DNA of 63,726 nucleotides, the filler included, from Reticulomyxa filosa (lineage: Eukaryota; Protista; Foraminifera): NCBI GenBank assembly GCA_000512085.1. It is 20 parts of 20 records of this genome, joined end to end, with 100 filler letters (N's around TTAATTAATTAA, not from the genome) between each part and the next. Parts side by side here need not be neighbours in the genome. Positions count along the whole stretch, not along the records: positions 1 to 1,595 come from ASPP01003740.1; positions 1,696 to 3,956 come from ASPP01011149.1; positions 4,057 to 6,538 come from ASPP01004500.1; positions 6,639 to 8,828 come from ASPP01005925.1; positions 8,929 to 10,299 come from ASPP01018964.1; positions 10,400 to 12,216 come from ASPP01018079.1; positions 12,317 to 18,267 come from ASPP01022512.1; 13 more parts are not named here. One strand, 5' to 3'. Below, piece by piece: positions 1-12,981 of this stretch. The notes beneath the pieces are model-generated. The model was not told the DNA's origin and did not search any database. It saw only the letters and a list, made by a program, of their open reading frames with translations. Numbering within the stretch: position 1 is the stretch's first letter; each line of letters begins with the position of its first letter. The position numbers and the translations under genes are program-made.

Positions 1-183
1 GCATGATAGTTTCTCTTCTATTATACACATTAAAGAAGTTGAGAGATTTGCACAACTCACTAATGCTTTACTCAATTGCATGTTTACCCTGCTGTTCATC
101 CCTCTGACGTGGCCTGACAGTTTGTCACGATCTTTCGTGTGATGCGCCCGTGGTGCTCAATCTGGCGCTTTTTCTGAAGATAT

Positions 184-430
184 AACTTTTTCAAAAGCGT
201 GGAATTCAATAGGAACATTCATCCCAACAACATCTTGATCATGCCCGATGGACATCTCGGGCCTATCGACCTACGGCCAGTTGAAGTACCTTTTCAAGGA
301 GGAACTCACTTGGCCGGACTGATCATTGCCATGACCGATTACAACTAGGAATGTGTTGTCGAAAAAGCCGATAAAATGGTGTTTCGATTCCCAAACATAT
401 GGACCACCATTACTTCATCAAAGATATGTC
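184..430 (+). pseudogene. ABC1/UbiB-family atypical kinase fragment, degenerate
   Basis: Manual translation gives FNRNIHPNNILIMPDGHLGPID, then a frameshift, then YGQLKYL. This matches the ABC1 DPHPGN...LGLIDYGQ motif. Stops and frameshifts are present. Confidence 0.6.
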
Positions 431-1595
431 CATCATTGGATTTGGTAATGATATTCTGTATTGTTTAACAGTTTTTCTCGGGTGTTTGTTTTTTTTTTAA
501 CTCGATTCAAATTTATTAAACCAAAATCAAAATATTTGTTTATCTAGTTCAACTATATATAATATGGCTCAATACTGGTTTTCATTTCCCAATTTTAATT
601 GACACGTACCAATTTTAACTTTTCAGATGTATAATTGAATTTTATTCAAAAGCACTTGATTCGTCAAAAATTAAACAAATAAAAATTGTACCCTTTATTT
701 TAAATAAAGTAAATATGCCAGATTCCTTTGGATGATAAGAATAGTTTGGAACAATTTGACTTGTCTTATTTGTTCTTTTTTTTTTTTGTATGTAGTTTAG
801 TTTCAATGTGTGAGATTGACCGGAAAAAATGGCATTGTCGATTCTTGTTTATCTTGACGCAGTTGTATGTTGATGTAAAGAAGTTGTGATACATATTGCA
901 AAACTCAGTTTATTCCATGGAGGAATACCTTTTAATGATTTGTGGACTTGCAATTGCAAATTCCAAAAAGGTATTTTACAAAAGAATTATGGAGAAATGT
1001 CATTGAAGGATTCGAACAGAATTACACAAAAAAAGTTGATGTTACTTGAAAATAAAACACATCATCGAAATAAAATTGAACCCATTCACGATCAATCTCT
1101 TTAACACTCTAAATAAACTTGGAAAATCCTAATAAGGACTATGGTTAATTGATGTGTCCTAATTTTTTTGCTATTTGTCTATTAGTTACTTCAGTTGAAA
1201 TTACTCCAAGTAATTTGCATATGATCCATCTTTCAATCCATTTGTGAAGGAACCAATAACTTTTTTTAGTTATTTCTCGGACAATTTCGTTAAAATGTAT
1301 CAAATAATTTTGCACATGAATTATGAATATTTTTATTTTCCATTTAATTCATTCATCAAAGCTTTCCCTGATTTTTTTGCTTTTGTCTTGTGTTTTTCTT
1401 TGTTGCTTTCTTTTTCTTTCACTCTTGAAGCTTCAGCAAGAAGGTCTTTTTTTCCCCTTTCTGGTTGCTCAGCATTAATTTCTGCTTGAATGTTGCATCA
1501 TCACATGTGTACATATTTGCACATTGTTCTGCTAATGTCAGCAACAATTTTGTGCTGGAAAAGATATAGGGTTATGCACTTCATTGGCTATTTTG

Positions 1596-1695
1596 NNNNN
1601 NNNNNNNNNNNNNNNNNNNNNNNNNNNNNNNNNNNNNNNTTAATTAATTAANNNNNNNNNNNNNNNNNNNNNNNNNNNNNNNNNNNNNNNNNNNN
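1596..1695. other. Artificial contig linker (N44-TTAATTAATTAA-N44), first of 19
   Basis: The same 100-bp N/six-frame-stop spacer recurs at about 3957, 6539, 8829, 10300, 12217, 18268, 19564, 21467, 22857, 25626, 34624, 37542, 54053, 55717, 56965, 58656, 60934 and 62468. Confidence 0.99.
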
Positions 1696-1987
1696 AAAAA
1701 AAAAAAATCCTTTGAACCTTCTTTTCGAATTTCTCGATCATCTTTTTGCAGCTCTCTAATTTTTTTGTGCAATCGAATGCGCAACAAAGTTGGCGTCCCA
1801 AATGAATTTAATCCCATATAACGGCACATGTTCACAAGCTGCGACGAAGTGGCATTATCCAAAGTGATTTGATCATCGAACAACTTCGCCACTTCCAATA
1901 TCTGTTCGTTCGAGATGGGTTGTCCATTTCGCACTTTTTGAACAATTTTCACCAAGTTGTCTGCCGAGTCTCCGAATTTGCCTCCTG

Positions 1988-2020
<33 letters not shown>

Positions 2021-3369
2021 TATTATTTATTATTTATTATTTATTATTTATTATTGTCACTTGTTCACAATCATTGCATATTTGCACGTGTCTTTTTTTC
2101 TCATTTCTTTAAACAAGTAATTTACTTGTTTAAAGAAATAAAAGTATGCGTGCATATATTTGTATATAAATATATCAATATAAAAAATGATCACAATAAT
2201 GAAAAATTCCAAAAAGTTTGAGTTAGCAAAGGACCTTGTTTTTTGACATCTTGGGCAAACTCTTCCAAAGTCTCTTCCAAGAATTTGGCCAAGTCGAGCC
2301 TCAGTTTCAATTGTTTGGTCCTGTCTTCTTGTTTCTTGAGTTTGGATTGGAACTGGGACGGCAACATATTGGGGAATGCCCAGAGGGCGACAGGAAGCAA
2401 GAATTCCAAGAATGGAACAATGATAAAGAAGGCAAAGGGAATCATTCGCAGCAAGTCCATGGTGGTGCGTTTCAATTGCTTGCGCTCTCGAAATGTCAGT
2501 TCGGAGCCATGCAACACTTTGCGTAAAATGCGAACACTATGTTTGATGTCTGCCCACAGCAACACCGCCCCTGATTTGTAATGATGAAACTCTTCCTTTA
2601 TTTTCGCCCATAGACGATGCAGCCGTTCTTTTCCTCGACTGGGATGGATCACACTATCCATTAGCGTGTACAGCAATCGCCATATCGGTCTTAACACCAG
2701 CATCGGATTCAAATAGTGTAGCCACGAGGTCTTCACTGGCGCTCCTACAACGGGTCCTACCACGACTACCTCTTTGCCTGGCTCACTTGCTCCTGGGGAT
2801 GTCTTTTTTGATTATTTATTTGACATACATTTTTTAAAAAATAAAATAAAAAATTAAAAATTAAAAAAAAAAAACAAAACAGAAATTTTCAGAAATTTTA
2901 AGGTTAATAAATTAGAATACCAAACTGGTTTGGATTTGTCTTTGTCTTGTGGTAGGTGTTGCTGTGTGGACATTCCCCGACGAAAGGTCATATGATAATA
3001 TGCATAATTATTACCCGGTTTATGTGAGAAATATTTGCAATCATTTTTGTTCATTGATCGATTAAAATAACCCATATTACTATTTTTGTTCTCCATTACC
3101 ATCATTCCGCTCCATCTCTTTTGTGTCTCTTTTCCATTCTTGTGTTCCAGATCTTCTTTTTCCTTCTTTTCATCCGATGCCAACAACAGACTTCCACCTT
3201 GGTGCCACAAGTCTTTGTTCATGTTGTATTTATCTCTTTTGTTTGTGTTGGAGTGAATTTGATAGCGGTTCAATTGCAATAAAGAGAAATCAGCATTCTC
3301 CACTGAATACTGTCGGTAGTGAAGAGAGCTTCTCCGTAAAAACACTCTATTCACAGCTCTAAAAGACAT
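1696..3369 (-). CDS. LETM1: LETM1/Mdm38 mitochondrial inner-membrane protein (multi-exon, 3' truncated)
   Basis: HYKSGAVLLWAD...LTFRERKQLKRTTMDLLRMIPFAFFIIVPFLEFLLPVALWAFPNMLPSQF and LDNATSSQLVNMCRYMGL...LQKDDREIRKEG; Arg/Ser-rich presequence-like N-terminus. Confidence 0.93.
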
Positions 3370-4933
3370 GGCAAGTTCACTTTTGTATTAGCAAAAGCAG
3401 CTGCAAGGCATGAAGCAGCGATATTTTATTTTATTTTTATTCTTTTTAATTTTATTTTCCCTTTTCAGTAACCATTTTCTGGAAACTTTTTTTATTACGC
3501 TGTTCTTCGTCTTTTTACTCTACACTTTTCATATTGGAGCATATTTTTTTTGTACATTTCTTTTACTGATATTTCTGGAAATCAATGCCCATTTTTTTCA
3601 TATTAGGAACAGTTTCGTCTATTTTCATTTGCAAAAAATATAATTTTTAATACAAAATATTACAACACATCTTAACTTAATGTCATCGTTCGAAAAAGTC
3701 TGTCCAAATTAAAGTGCAGTTAATTTTACAAATCAAAAAAGAAGAAATTGATTGATAGTTTCGAGCAAAATTATTGAATATGTTTAAAGAGATCATTGCT
3801 ACTCATCATATTAATGATATTATTATAGTGTTTCTTTTGGACAGTAGGAAAAAAAAAGAAGAGATAAGGCTGTCAAGTATTTGTTCAATCATTATAACGA
3901 TTTTGCGTTACAATTTCTTTTTCCCCAAATTTCAAATAAAATCAATAAAAGAAAAANNNNNNNNNNNNNNNNNNNNNNNNNNNNNNNNNNNNNNNNNNNN
4001 TTAATTAATTAANNNNNNNNNNNNNNNNNNNNNNNNNNNNNNNNNNNNNNNNNNNNATAACTATTCATTTATTTTATATTAATTTTTTGTAATAAAAACA
4101 CTCCTTCTTTTTTTCAACACAAATATACACACACTTTCTTTTTTTACCTTACACAAAGTTGTTAATAGTAGGATAAATGCAAGAAGAACAAAAATTTAAT
4201 AATTAGATAGAACAGTTAACAAAGTTTGCAATTACAAACAAAAAATTCACTCCTAAAAAGTTTCCTTTTTTTTGTTGTCAATACTTTTTTCAGTTTCTAA
4301 TCACATTTATTTTGTATCATTAAAAAAATCAAAATATCTTCATAACTGAGAGGCCAAAAAGAATACATTTAATATTTTTTTTTTTGGAGTTGTACAATCT
4401 TGGTGTTAACGGAATAGTACTACTTCATTAGAGAAAGAGATGTTCTTTTTTTTTTGTTTGTTTAACTTAACATTCTAATTTTTCAAAATGATATAGTTGA
4501 TATTTTCAAAAAGAAGTGCAATATTGTTTTTGATTATGTTTTAGGACTCAAGCAAACTTTTGAGTTGCCATTTTCTCTTCAACACACTCATCAAGTTTTT
4601 GTTTTGGATTGTCTAAATTTTTCATTATAAACTTACTTTAGCTTTATTTTGTCACACAAAAAATTACTAGTTTAACAAAAACACAATATATTGTGAGATC
4701 TTCATTTGCTAAACACAGAATAGTGATAAGTTATTTTACAATATGATGAAATAGTTTCATACTATATCTGTAATGGCAGAGATATTTAGAACAATTCATA
4801 AACTATAAAATTACCAAATTATATGGAAGCAATAATTTTTGTATTGAAAGTGAAAAGCGAACGATCTGGCAAAACCAATTCAAATAAAGAAGAAAATTAA
4901 AAAGAAACTCATTTTTTGAGTTAGGAAGGGAGA

Positions 4934-6538
4934 ATGAATACTTGCATGACAAATGAATTGAAAATACGGGTATATATTGATGATGGAAGAACTTTTCAAA
5001 AAGTGAGATGTCGTTTTAAAGATATAATTTTTGCTGCAGTGAATGAATTGAAGTATAATGAATTGAGAGAAGGAATTATCAATGAATTTAAAGAGAAAGT
5101 TCCTGGCATTCTCGATGACAATTATTCGATTAATATAAAATGGAAATTGGTTTCGTTCAAACATGCAGCTGATCTATTGGAAGACACAAGCAAAGACATC
5201 AAAATATGTGACGATGAAGAATGGAGAAAAGTACTCGCCTATGCGGAAGAGATCGACAGTGACAACAGTGATCAAAGTGATCAAAGCAACCAAAGTGATA
5301 AAAAGAATAATCCTTTCGTGAATCTCCTCGTTAAAAGATTTGGTATAACACTTTTGTTTTCTTTCCAAAAAAATAATGAAAAAAGTATGATGACAACAAT
5401 ACCAAATAATATAAATATATATTTTTTAAAAAAAGTGGAGTGTATCCCTGTGGACACAAAAATAATTGGAGTGGAAATGAACCAAATAATATTGGGTTGG
5501 AAATTGGAAGATGTGTCATTGAATTCAATTCAAGGACATTTGGAGAGATGTAAAACGAAAGGATTGCAAGAAGATACAGCCAAGCTGTGGTGGTTTGAAG
5601 TCCGCGTCATAGATATCTCAGGGTCAATGCAACAAAGACCTTCAACAGACAGCAAAGAAATGGAGGAAAAGATCGAATTCAAAGTGGATCTAGAGCCTCT
5701 CTACTTCACGGTTGCGAGTGACAAGAGACATGTGGTATTGAAAGACTTGAAAGAAAACAGCAAATATGAGATTTCAGTGCGAACGTGTATCGACTGGCTC
5801 ACCTCCAAAGATGTGAATAAGAAGATTAAAAAGGAGTCATCGTTCACATCTCCGTTGCACGAGAAAACATACAAAACCTTTGAGGATATGCTGGGGCTGT
5901 TGACGCGACCTCGTCGACCATTGTTCCCACAAGTGATCAACTTCGAGGCAACCAAGGTGCAACTGAAATGGTGGCCTGCCAAATTTTCCAAAAATGATTC
6001 GGAAGATATCACTTATCGCATTCGTGAGTACAATCATCATCAAGGAGTTGTCGTTGCCACAGTTAAAGACACTACCAAATGGACTTTTGATGGCTTGAAA
6101 CCTCAATACGAATACTTTGTGACCATATCCGCAGTGAATCAACAAGAAAAGGAAACAAAGGAAAGCTGGCCGCTTGTGTTCAAAACATGCAAAGAAAACA
6201 CATCTGACGAAGCCGAGTTGACTCCGGCTTCACCGATCGACGTTCGGCTGTTCCGTTTTAGTGAGGACGAGAAACATCCTCAATGGGTGTGCTGGGGTTC
6301 TCCTTATGAAGGAGTTGGTAAGATCGGCTATGAGATGCAGTTTAGCAGCAATTACAAGGACGAAAAAACAAAATTTGTCGAGTCCATTGCTAATCCACTT
6401 GTTCCTAGCTCGCGAAGCTATCGCTTCTTTGTATATACTCAATCCGAATTTGAAGGGATTGAATACACTTCCAGTGCAAGTGATACCCTCGAAATCATCA
6501 GCGAAAACATAGTTCGAACAGAATCTCCATTCATGTAT
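4934..6538 (+). CDS. Intracellular fibronectin type III repeat protein with a possible PB1-like N-terminus (partial)
   Basis: FN3 signatures LKDLKENSKYEISVRT and VQLKWWPA...TFDGLKPQYEYFVTISAVN; no signal peptide; probable intron near 5343-5435. Confidence 0.75.
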
Positions 6539-7014
6539 NNNNNNNNNNNNNNNNNNNNNNNNNNNNNNNNNNNNNNNNNNNNTTAATTAATTAANNNNNN
6601 NNNNNNNNNNNNNNNNNNNNNNNNNNNNNNNNNNNNNNAACAATGGTCATTTTCTAACTGCTTTAATCCTTTTTTTTTTTTGCGAAATTTGTCCAATACA
6701 TTTACAGTTTTACTTGTTGACCGGTAGTCAATACTATTTCTCCACATATAATTTTTCAACATTTATGTAACACTTTTCACATTGTCATATCAAAACTTCC
6801 GTATAAATGTTAGAGTGCTTTTTCGATATGATATTGCCTTATACAGTTTTAATTTCTTCTTTTCCCGAGTTTTCTGTCATTGAGCAAACACTAATTGATA
6901 GAAATTCTGATGAAAAAAAAAGGTAAAAAAGACTTTGGACAATTTACCTAACCGCGTTTACCCCGTTGAGCCAACGTCCCCTAGAATTTTGCTTCTTCAA
7001 GGACTGAGCAAGAG

Positions 7015-7468
7015 ATGGATGAAGAAGATTATGACAATTTTCATCCTGATATATATGCAGAAATGTCAGAAAATTTTGTGCTCCAAGACGATTTTGACTT
7101 CTACGTGGTAAAGTTACAGCGTCAGGTCGACTTTGAGGAGATAGTATCAAACCACATGATATGGCTAAGTAATATTACAATTGATGTTGAAGATTTACGT
7201 ATTCGAATACTAGATTTAGTTCCGTGGACGAGAGCAAGAATATTATGTTTACCAACAAGTCTAAGACGCCAGCTATTCAAGCTGTACGACCTGGGTCAAA
7301 TCATAGCTTCAAAGGAAGAGCTATTGCACTTTTTCAATTCGCAGTGCGGAGATGACGAAGAAGACTCTAATCCTGAAGATTTGTTCAACCGCGTAGTTGA
7401 GTAAAGCTCACTCTAAAAAAAAAAAAAAGTTGTGCGATTTGGTGCATATACAAATTTTATTTTATTTA

Positions 7469-7504
<36 letters not shown>

Positions 7505-8828
7505 TAAAAGTTGATTCGAGATATAAACGCAGAAATTGCAACCAACGACTATCTACCAGTAAAAAGAAAAAAAAATGAAGATAAAGACAAAGATGACACA
7601 AAAGCAGAAGAGAACAAAAGTGGATATATTGTAAGTGAAAACGACGAAGAGATGACAGTAAGCTATAGATGTGAAAATGGATGCAAGATCACAAAGACCA
7701 TGAAGAAACCGATTAAAAAATCCGAAAACAATATAGAGAACGACGAAGAAAATGACGAAATGGAAGACGACGATGCTGCATCGCTGAGACGATTTTCCGC
7801 GTCTTTCAAAGTGAAAACAAAAAAAGTATTCTGTCGAAAGTGCAAGCAAGCACTGCTATTATATATGCGAATCTTTTACTATTGTAAAGAAGTATATTCG
7901 ATGCTGTCAAGTCTGAGACAGCGGCGCAAGAGAAGACACTCGCGAAAGTATAGACATTTTCATAAAAAAAACGAACTGGCTCTAGATACCAATGATGAAA
8001 GTACGGATGAGAGCAAGAATGAAAAGCATGCCTGTTATGTTGATGACAATGATAATGATAATGATAATGATAAAGACAATGACAATGATGATGAAAATAA
8101 GTATACAACAAAAGATGCAAAAGATGCAAAAGAACAAGAAGAAGAAGAAGAAGAAGAAGAAGAAGAGAAGAAGGGGAAGAAGAATGGAAACGACGACAAC
8201 GCAGAAAAAGAGAAAAAAAAAAAAAAAAGGGGACATCACCAGAGTTTGTGCAACGAACAATGCAAAGAGCCGGAGAAAGTAGTTTGTTCGAAAATGACAC
8301 AAGAGGAAAGAGACGCCAATTACCTCGAACAAGTGGAGAAGGATATTCAACAGGCACTTAAAGGGCGTAGTGACCATGCCGACAACAATATACCCGTGCT
8401 ATATGAGGGCAAGGACCAGTGCCAATATCCTTTGTGTCGCAACAAGAGGATACTCCTGCGATTGCCCTCCATTGCTCTTCATTGCACAGAGCAATGTTTC
8501 TTGCGATTTCATAATTCGCAAACCCCGTTATTCGCTTGTTTTGATAAGGCTACCGCTGATTATATTGCACGATATCAATGTTCATACTATATATACATAT
8601 ATATATATATATATATACGTTTTTTTTTTTTGGAGGTTTTTTTTTTGTTTGTTGTGATTGTTGTATACGTTATGCGGACTAGTGGACAAAAATGACTTCA
8701 AATTTACGCATACGAGCCCATGTCTGAAAGATGGGTGCAAAGGGACAATCAATGGAATTGCTGTTGAGAAGAAAGGGGAGTATAAAACCTACCTGCTACG
8801 CCCAAAAGATTTTTTCCCTTGGTCTACG
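7015..8828 (+). CDS. Hypothetical protein with an acidic/Lys low-complexity region and Cys-rich Zn-binding motifs (multi-exon, partial)
   Basis: Consecutive plus-strand ORFs separated by poly-A/(TA)n introns; CQYPLC...HCTEQCFLRFH...PCLKDGCKGTI. Confidence 0.6.
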
Positions 8829-8928
8829 NNNNNNNNNNNNNNNNNNNNNNNNNNNNNNNNNNNNNNNNNNNNTTAATTAATTAANNNNNNNNNNNNNNNN
8901 NNNNNNNNNNNNNNNNNNNNNNNNNNNN

Positions 8929-10299
8929 GACGAAAAAGAAAGAGAATCTACATTGAACACACGACCGACGACAACGACGACGGAAAATGAAACGTTGAAA
9001 CGCGAATGGCAACGACTGAAAGACAACGTATACGGCTTGGAACAAATGCTACACAAAACTCGCGACCAATTCGCATTTGCATTTGTGAAAGGCCTTTTGA
9101 TCGAGTGTGTGGAAAAGGGGCACTGGCTGCTCTTGGACGAAATCAACTTGGCCAACAGCGAGGCGCTGGGACGCATCTGCGGCATTTTGGACAGCGGAGG
9201 CAGTACCGACGAGTACGGCAATCACACCGGCAGTGTGGTGCTCATCGAAAAGGGAGAGACCAAATGCATTCCGAGACATCCCAACTTTCGATTATTTGCA
9301 AATATGAATCCACCGACAGATTACGGCAAAAAGAATTTGGCTGGCTATCTTCGCAATCATTTCACCGAACTGTACGTAAATGAAATTGAAGAACAGAGCG
9401 ACTTGGAAATGATTGTCCGACACTTTATCTTGCGCAAGATCAATCCACAAGAGACAAGCATCTGCAGTCAGATTGTCACCTTTTACTTGTATGTCCATGG
9501 CAAGAAAAAACAATGGCTGAGCAGTGATGGAAAAAAAGAGGTCCATTTCAATATGCGGTCGTTGATACGTGCCTTGGAATACGTGTGCAAAATCATAAGC
9601 GCTACTCGCTGCTACGAGCCTTGTACGAAGGCTTTGTCATGGTGTTTGTCACACCATTGCGCGAAGAAAGCAAAGGGGAAATGGAGCAACTTGTCAAAAC
9701 GATGATCTTGTCCGGCAAAGACAAACGTCAATTGAAAGAAAAAGAATACAACTTGCATTTTATCCCGTCCTTGACCGATGAGGAACAACGTCTGTATCGA
9801 ATCGAGCAAACCTTTGTCTTGAAGTTGGGCACGGTTTCGAAGGACAATCAAGCCTTTGTTCAGCCTTTCATTCGCACCGAAACCATGGAAAAACGCTTGA
9901 AAGACCTATGCCGTGTGGTCGGCAGTGGTAAAAACTATCCCGTGCTATTGGAAGGTCCTACGTCCAGCGGAAAGACCTCGCTCGTCGAATACTTGGCTCA
10001 CGCCACACAACACAAATGCGTGCGCATTAACAATCATGAGCACACCGATATGGACGAGTATATCGGATGCTATGTCACCGATCCATTGAGCGGCAAATTA
10101 ATCTTTGAAGAAGGTTTTATATACAAATATATATACATATACATATACATATATATATATGTATATGTGTTAATGTGTACTTTTTTAAAAAAAAAAAAGG
10201 TATATTGATCAAAGCCATGCGAAATGGCTGGTGGGTAATCTTGGATGAATTAAACTTGGCACCAAGTGAAGTGCTAGAGGCATTGAACAGATTACTGGA
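8929..10299 (+). CDS. MDN1: Midasin AAA ATPase, internal fragment
   Basis: KGHWLLLDEINLA, IPRHPNFRLFANMNP, PVLLEGPTSSGKTSLVEYLA, VRINNHEHTDMDEYIG, WVILDELNLAPSEVLEALNRLL; intron 10114-10199; 1-nt frameshift in an A-run near 9590. Confidence 0.95.
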
Positions 10300-11128
10300 N
10301 NNNNNNNNNNNNNNNNNNNNNNNNNNNNNNNNNNNNNNNNNNNTTAATTAATTAANNNNNNNNNNNNNNNNNNNNNNNNNNNNNNNNNNNNNNNNNNNNA
10401 GATTTAAAAATTTCTTATTTTCAATAAATGTTCAATTTATATGAACTCCTTCGAAATTTTTAAAAATATTTCAAAAAATCATATTTTTCATCAATCTAAA
10501 TAATTTTAGTTTCATCTAGTGAAATTTATACTTTTATTAGACCACAGCGTGCTTTGAATAATTTTAAAAGTTTGAAATGTTTCAGCTAATTTTTTTATAT
10601 ATGTATTTGTAGTCTTCACTAAAAAAACGCAAGTGAGCTGTTGTTTGATTGCGAGCAAAATGAAGGAAAAAGCTTACTTTTTGACTGATATAACGTTGTT
10701 CGTATTTACAAAGATGATCTTAGGCTTAAAATTGCTCTATTCAAACATAGGGCTCTGGCAAGTATATTTGTCGAGTGTGACAAGATCACTAATTGTTTTT
10801 CATAATCGTAATGCATTATAACATTGTCAAGCATTTGTGTGTAAATGGAGCTGAAATTTGATGACAAGAGAAAAAGGTTCGCAAAGTATTTTCAATCAGG
10901 TCAATATGATGGGTAGATTATATATCATGATTGCGTTTTGTTTTATTATTATTTTTTTTTTTTATGTTTTATTTTACTTTCTTTTGTTTGCACACTTGAG
11001 AACCAAAAAAAACAAAGGAACAAAGAACAATATTCGAATTCAATCGTTTCTGGCAGAAAACTTGGGAATAACAATGACAATTCCGCTCAAGCTATTGGAG
11101 CGTGCAGATTTGGAGGGGTCTTTCCACT

Positions 11129-11440
11129 TTAAAATTCGCTCACTCGAAAAGATTGAGCGACGTATTGAAAAGTGTTCATATCTCCCTCAAACTCGTAGCA
11201 CTCAAAGTGATCCATTACCAAGTCACCCCACTGATGAGGGAATTTTTCTTTGAAGATGTTGAGTACGTGGTCAATGGCAGGAACTTTCCACAGACGCCTT
11301 TCAATTTCATCTTGAATGGGCACATACGTTTGCATCCATATCTCTTTGTCCATTCCTTCTCTTGCATACAAATGATCCAGTTCGATTTCTATTTACGACA
11401 CAAGAGCAATGCATTCATTCATATTTTTTTTTTTTTTTAA

Positions 11441-11471
<31 letters not shown>

Positions 11472-12216
11472 GGAGTATATTGTACAAAAAATAAAAAGAA
11501 GTCGAAATAAAAAGTAGTCAAAAAAAAAAAAATGAAACTTAGTGATTCAAGATATGCCTCACTGAATTTGCACGCAATCTGAAACAAGTGGGGCAGATAC
11601 ATAGCGAACAGATAGGACGACAAGATGTTATGGCTGAGTACGTTGGACAGCAGCGTGACGCCATAAAAGGTGAGTTTCTGATAGTCTACACTGAAGCGTA
11701 TGCGATGGAATTGGGTGTCACTGCAGTAATGAGCAAAGGCGATCAAGTCGCTGATGATGAGATCGACACAGTCGAATTGGATATTCCAATTGCGACTATG
11801 ATACTGTTGAGTTTTCGGGACTTTCTTTTCGACGTGATTGGGATCCAAGTCTGCATCAGTGTTCAATCCATTAGGGCCAGCACCAACATCAATTCCATTT
11901 CCAGTTGCACTTGTAGTTGCAGTTGGAGTTGCAGTTGCATTTGAAGTTCCAGTCTGGCCTTTGCCTTGTGTCTTCTTCCGATACGAGCCCTCTTCCTTTT
12001 CACTTTCGTCTTCATATTTGGTTTCATTTTCGGTTTCGTACTCGCTAAAGTCTTCATCTCTCCACGCTTCTCTTTTTTTCAGTGAGCTTTTTTTGACGAG
12101 TGGTTCCTCTTGAGTTTTGACGGGAGATCTAGGTTGTTGCTGCTGCTGCTGTTGTTGTTGTTGTTGTTGTTTTTTTTTTTTACTAAGCTTTCTAACCAAT
12201 TCATTGCCGCCTGTGT
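11129..12216 (-). CDS. Hypothetical protein (poly-Q, multi-exon, partial)
   Basis: Two minus-strand ORFs with coding-like composition separated by a poly-T/(TA)n intron; no family recognised. Confidence 0.55.
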
Positions 12217-12406
12217 NNNNNNNNNNNNNNNNNNNNNNNNNNNNNNNNNNNNNNNNNNNNTTAATTAATTAANNNNNNNNNNNNNNNNNNNNNNNNNNNN
12301 NNNNNNNNNNNNNNNNTACAACAAATTGAATATATATATATGTACATACATGCATGCACACACTATGTACATTTATATGTATACGTATATATGTATATGT
12401 ATATAA

Positions 12407-12981
12407 CCAATGACTAATTTCGCGTTTCGTGAATGAATGTAATCCGCAATGGTCTGAATATCAAAAATAGTTAAGTAAGGGTTGCTTGGACATTCCAACA
12501 AAATCAGGTCATTCGTGGCTATCTCTAAACTCTTTATTTTTTGCAAACTGCTGTCATTCCAATCAGCATCCTTTACGACCACAATTTTGGTGAGGTCATT
12601 GATACTTGTCAAGTTTCCGCTATACCCGTGATTGCTTATCACCCGATCTGGCTTGTAAAAAGTTATTAAACTCCGCAATGCATTGACTCCACTTGGATAT
12701 ATCACACAGACGTTATTCTTTCCTAATCCGCTTTCCAGTTGCGCCAATACGTTCTCGGCTCCGTGTCGCATTGGGGTGTCATGACGGACGTATGTGAATG
12801 AGCTTGCGTGATTCATTAATGAATACGTTGTACTGGTCACTAAATCCGGGCTCAACCCTCCATGCCCAGTCCAGCCTTCCTCTTTTTCTTCAGACAAAGC
12901 TTCTCCTAGTATGCTTAACGTTTCAAACCCAACATTCTCTTCTGGATTTTCTTGTTTATCACGTTCACTTTCTTCACTCAT
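12407..12981 (-). CDS. Cys/Met metabolism PLP-dependent enzyme (cystathionine gamma-lyase/synthase family), first exon
   Basis: LSPDLVTSTTY, YVRHDTP...ENVLAQLE, YPSGVNA, LLECPSNPYLTIFDIQTIAD...AKLVI. Confidence 0.85.

Noticed and set aside
9580-9600. Programmed frameshift in midasin (and at ~29095 in Tudor-SN)
   Set aside because: Both fall in A homopolymers of conserved genes; homopolymer sequencing error is the simpler explanation
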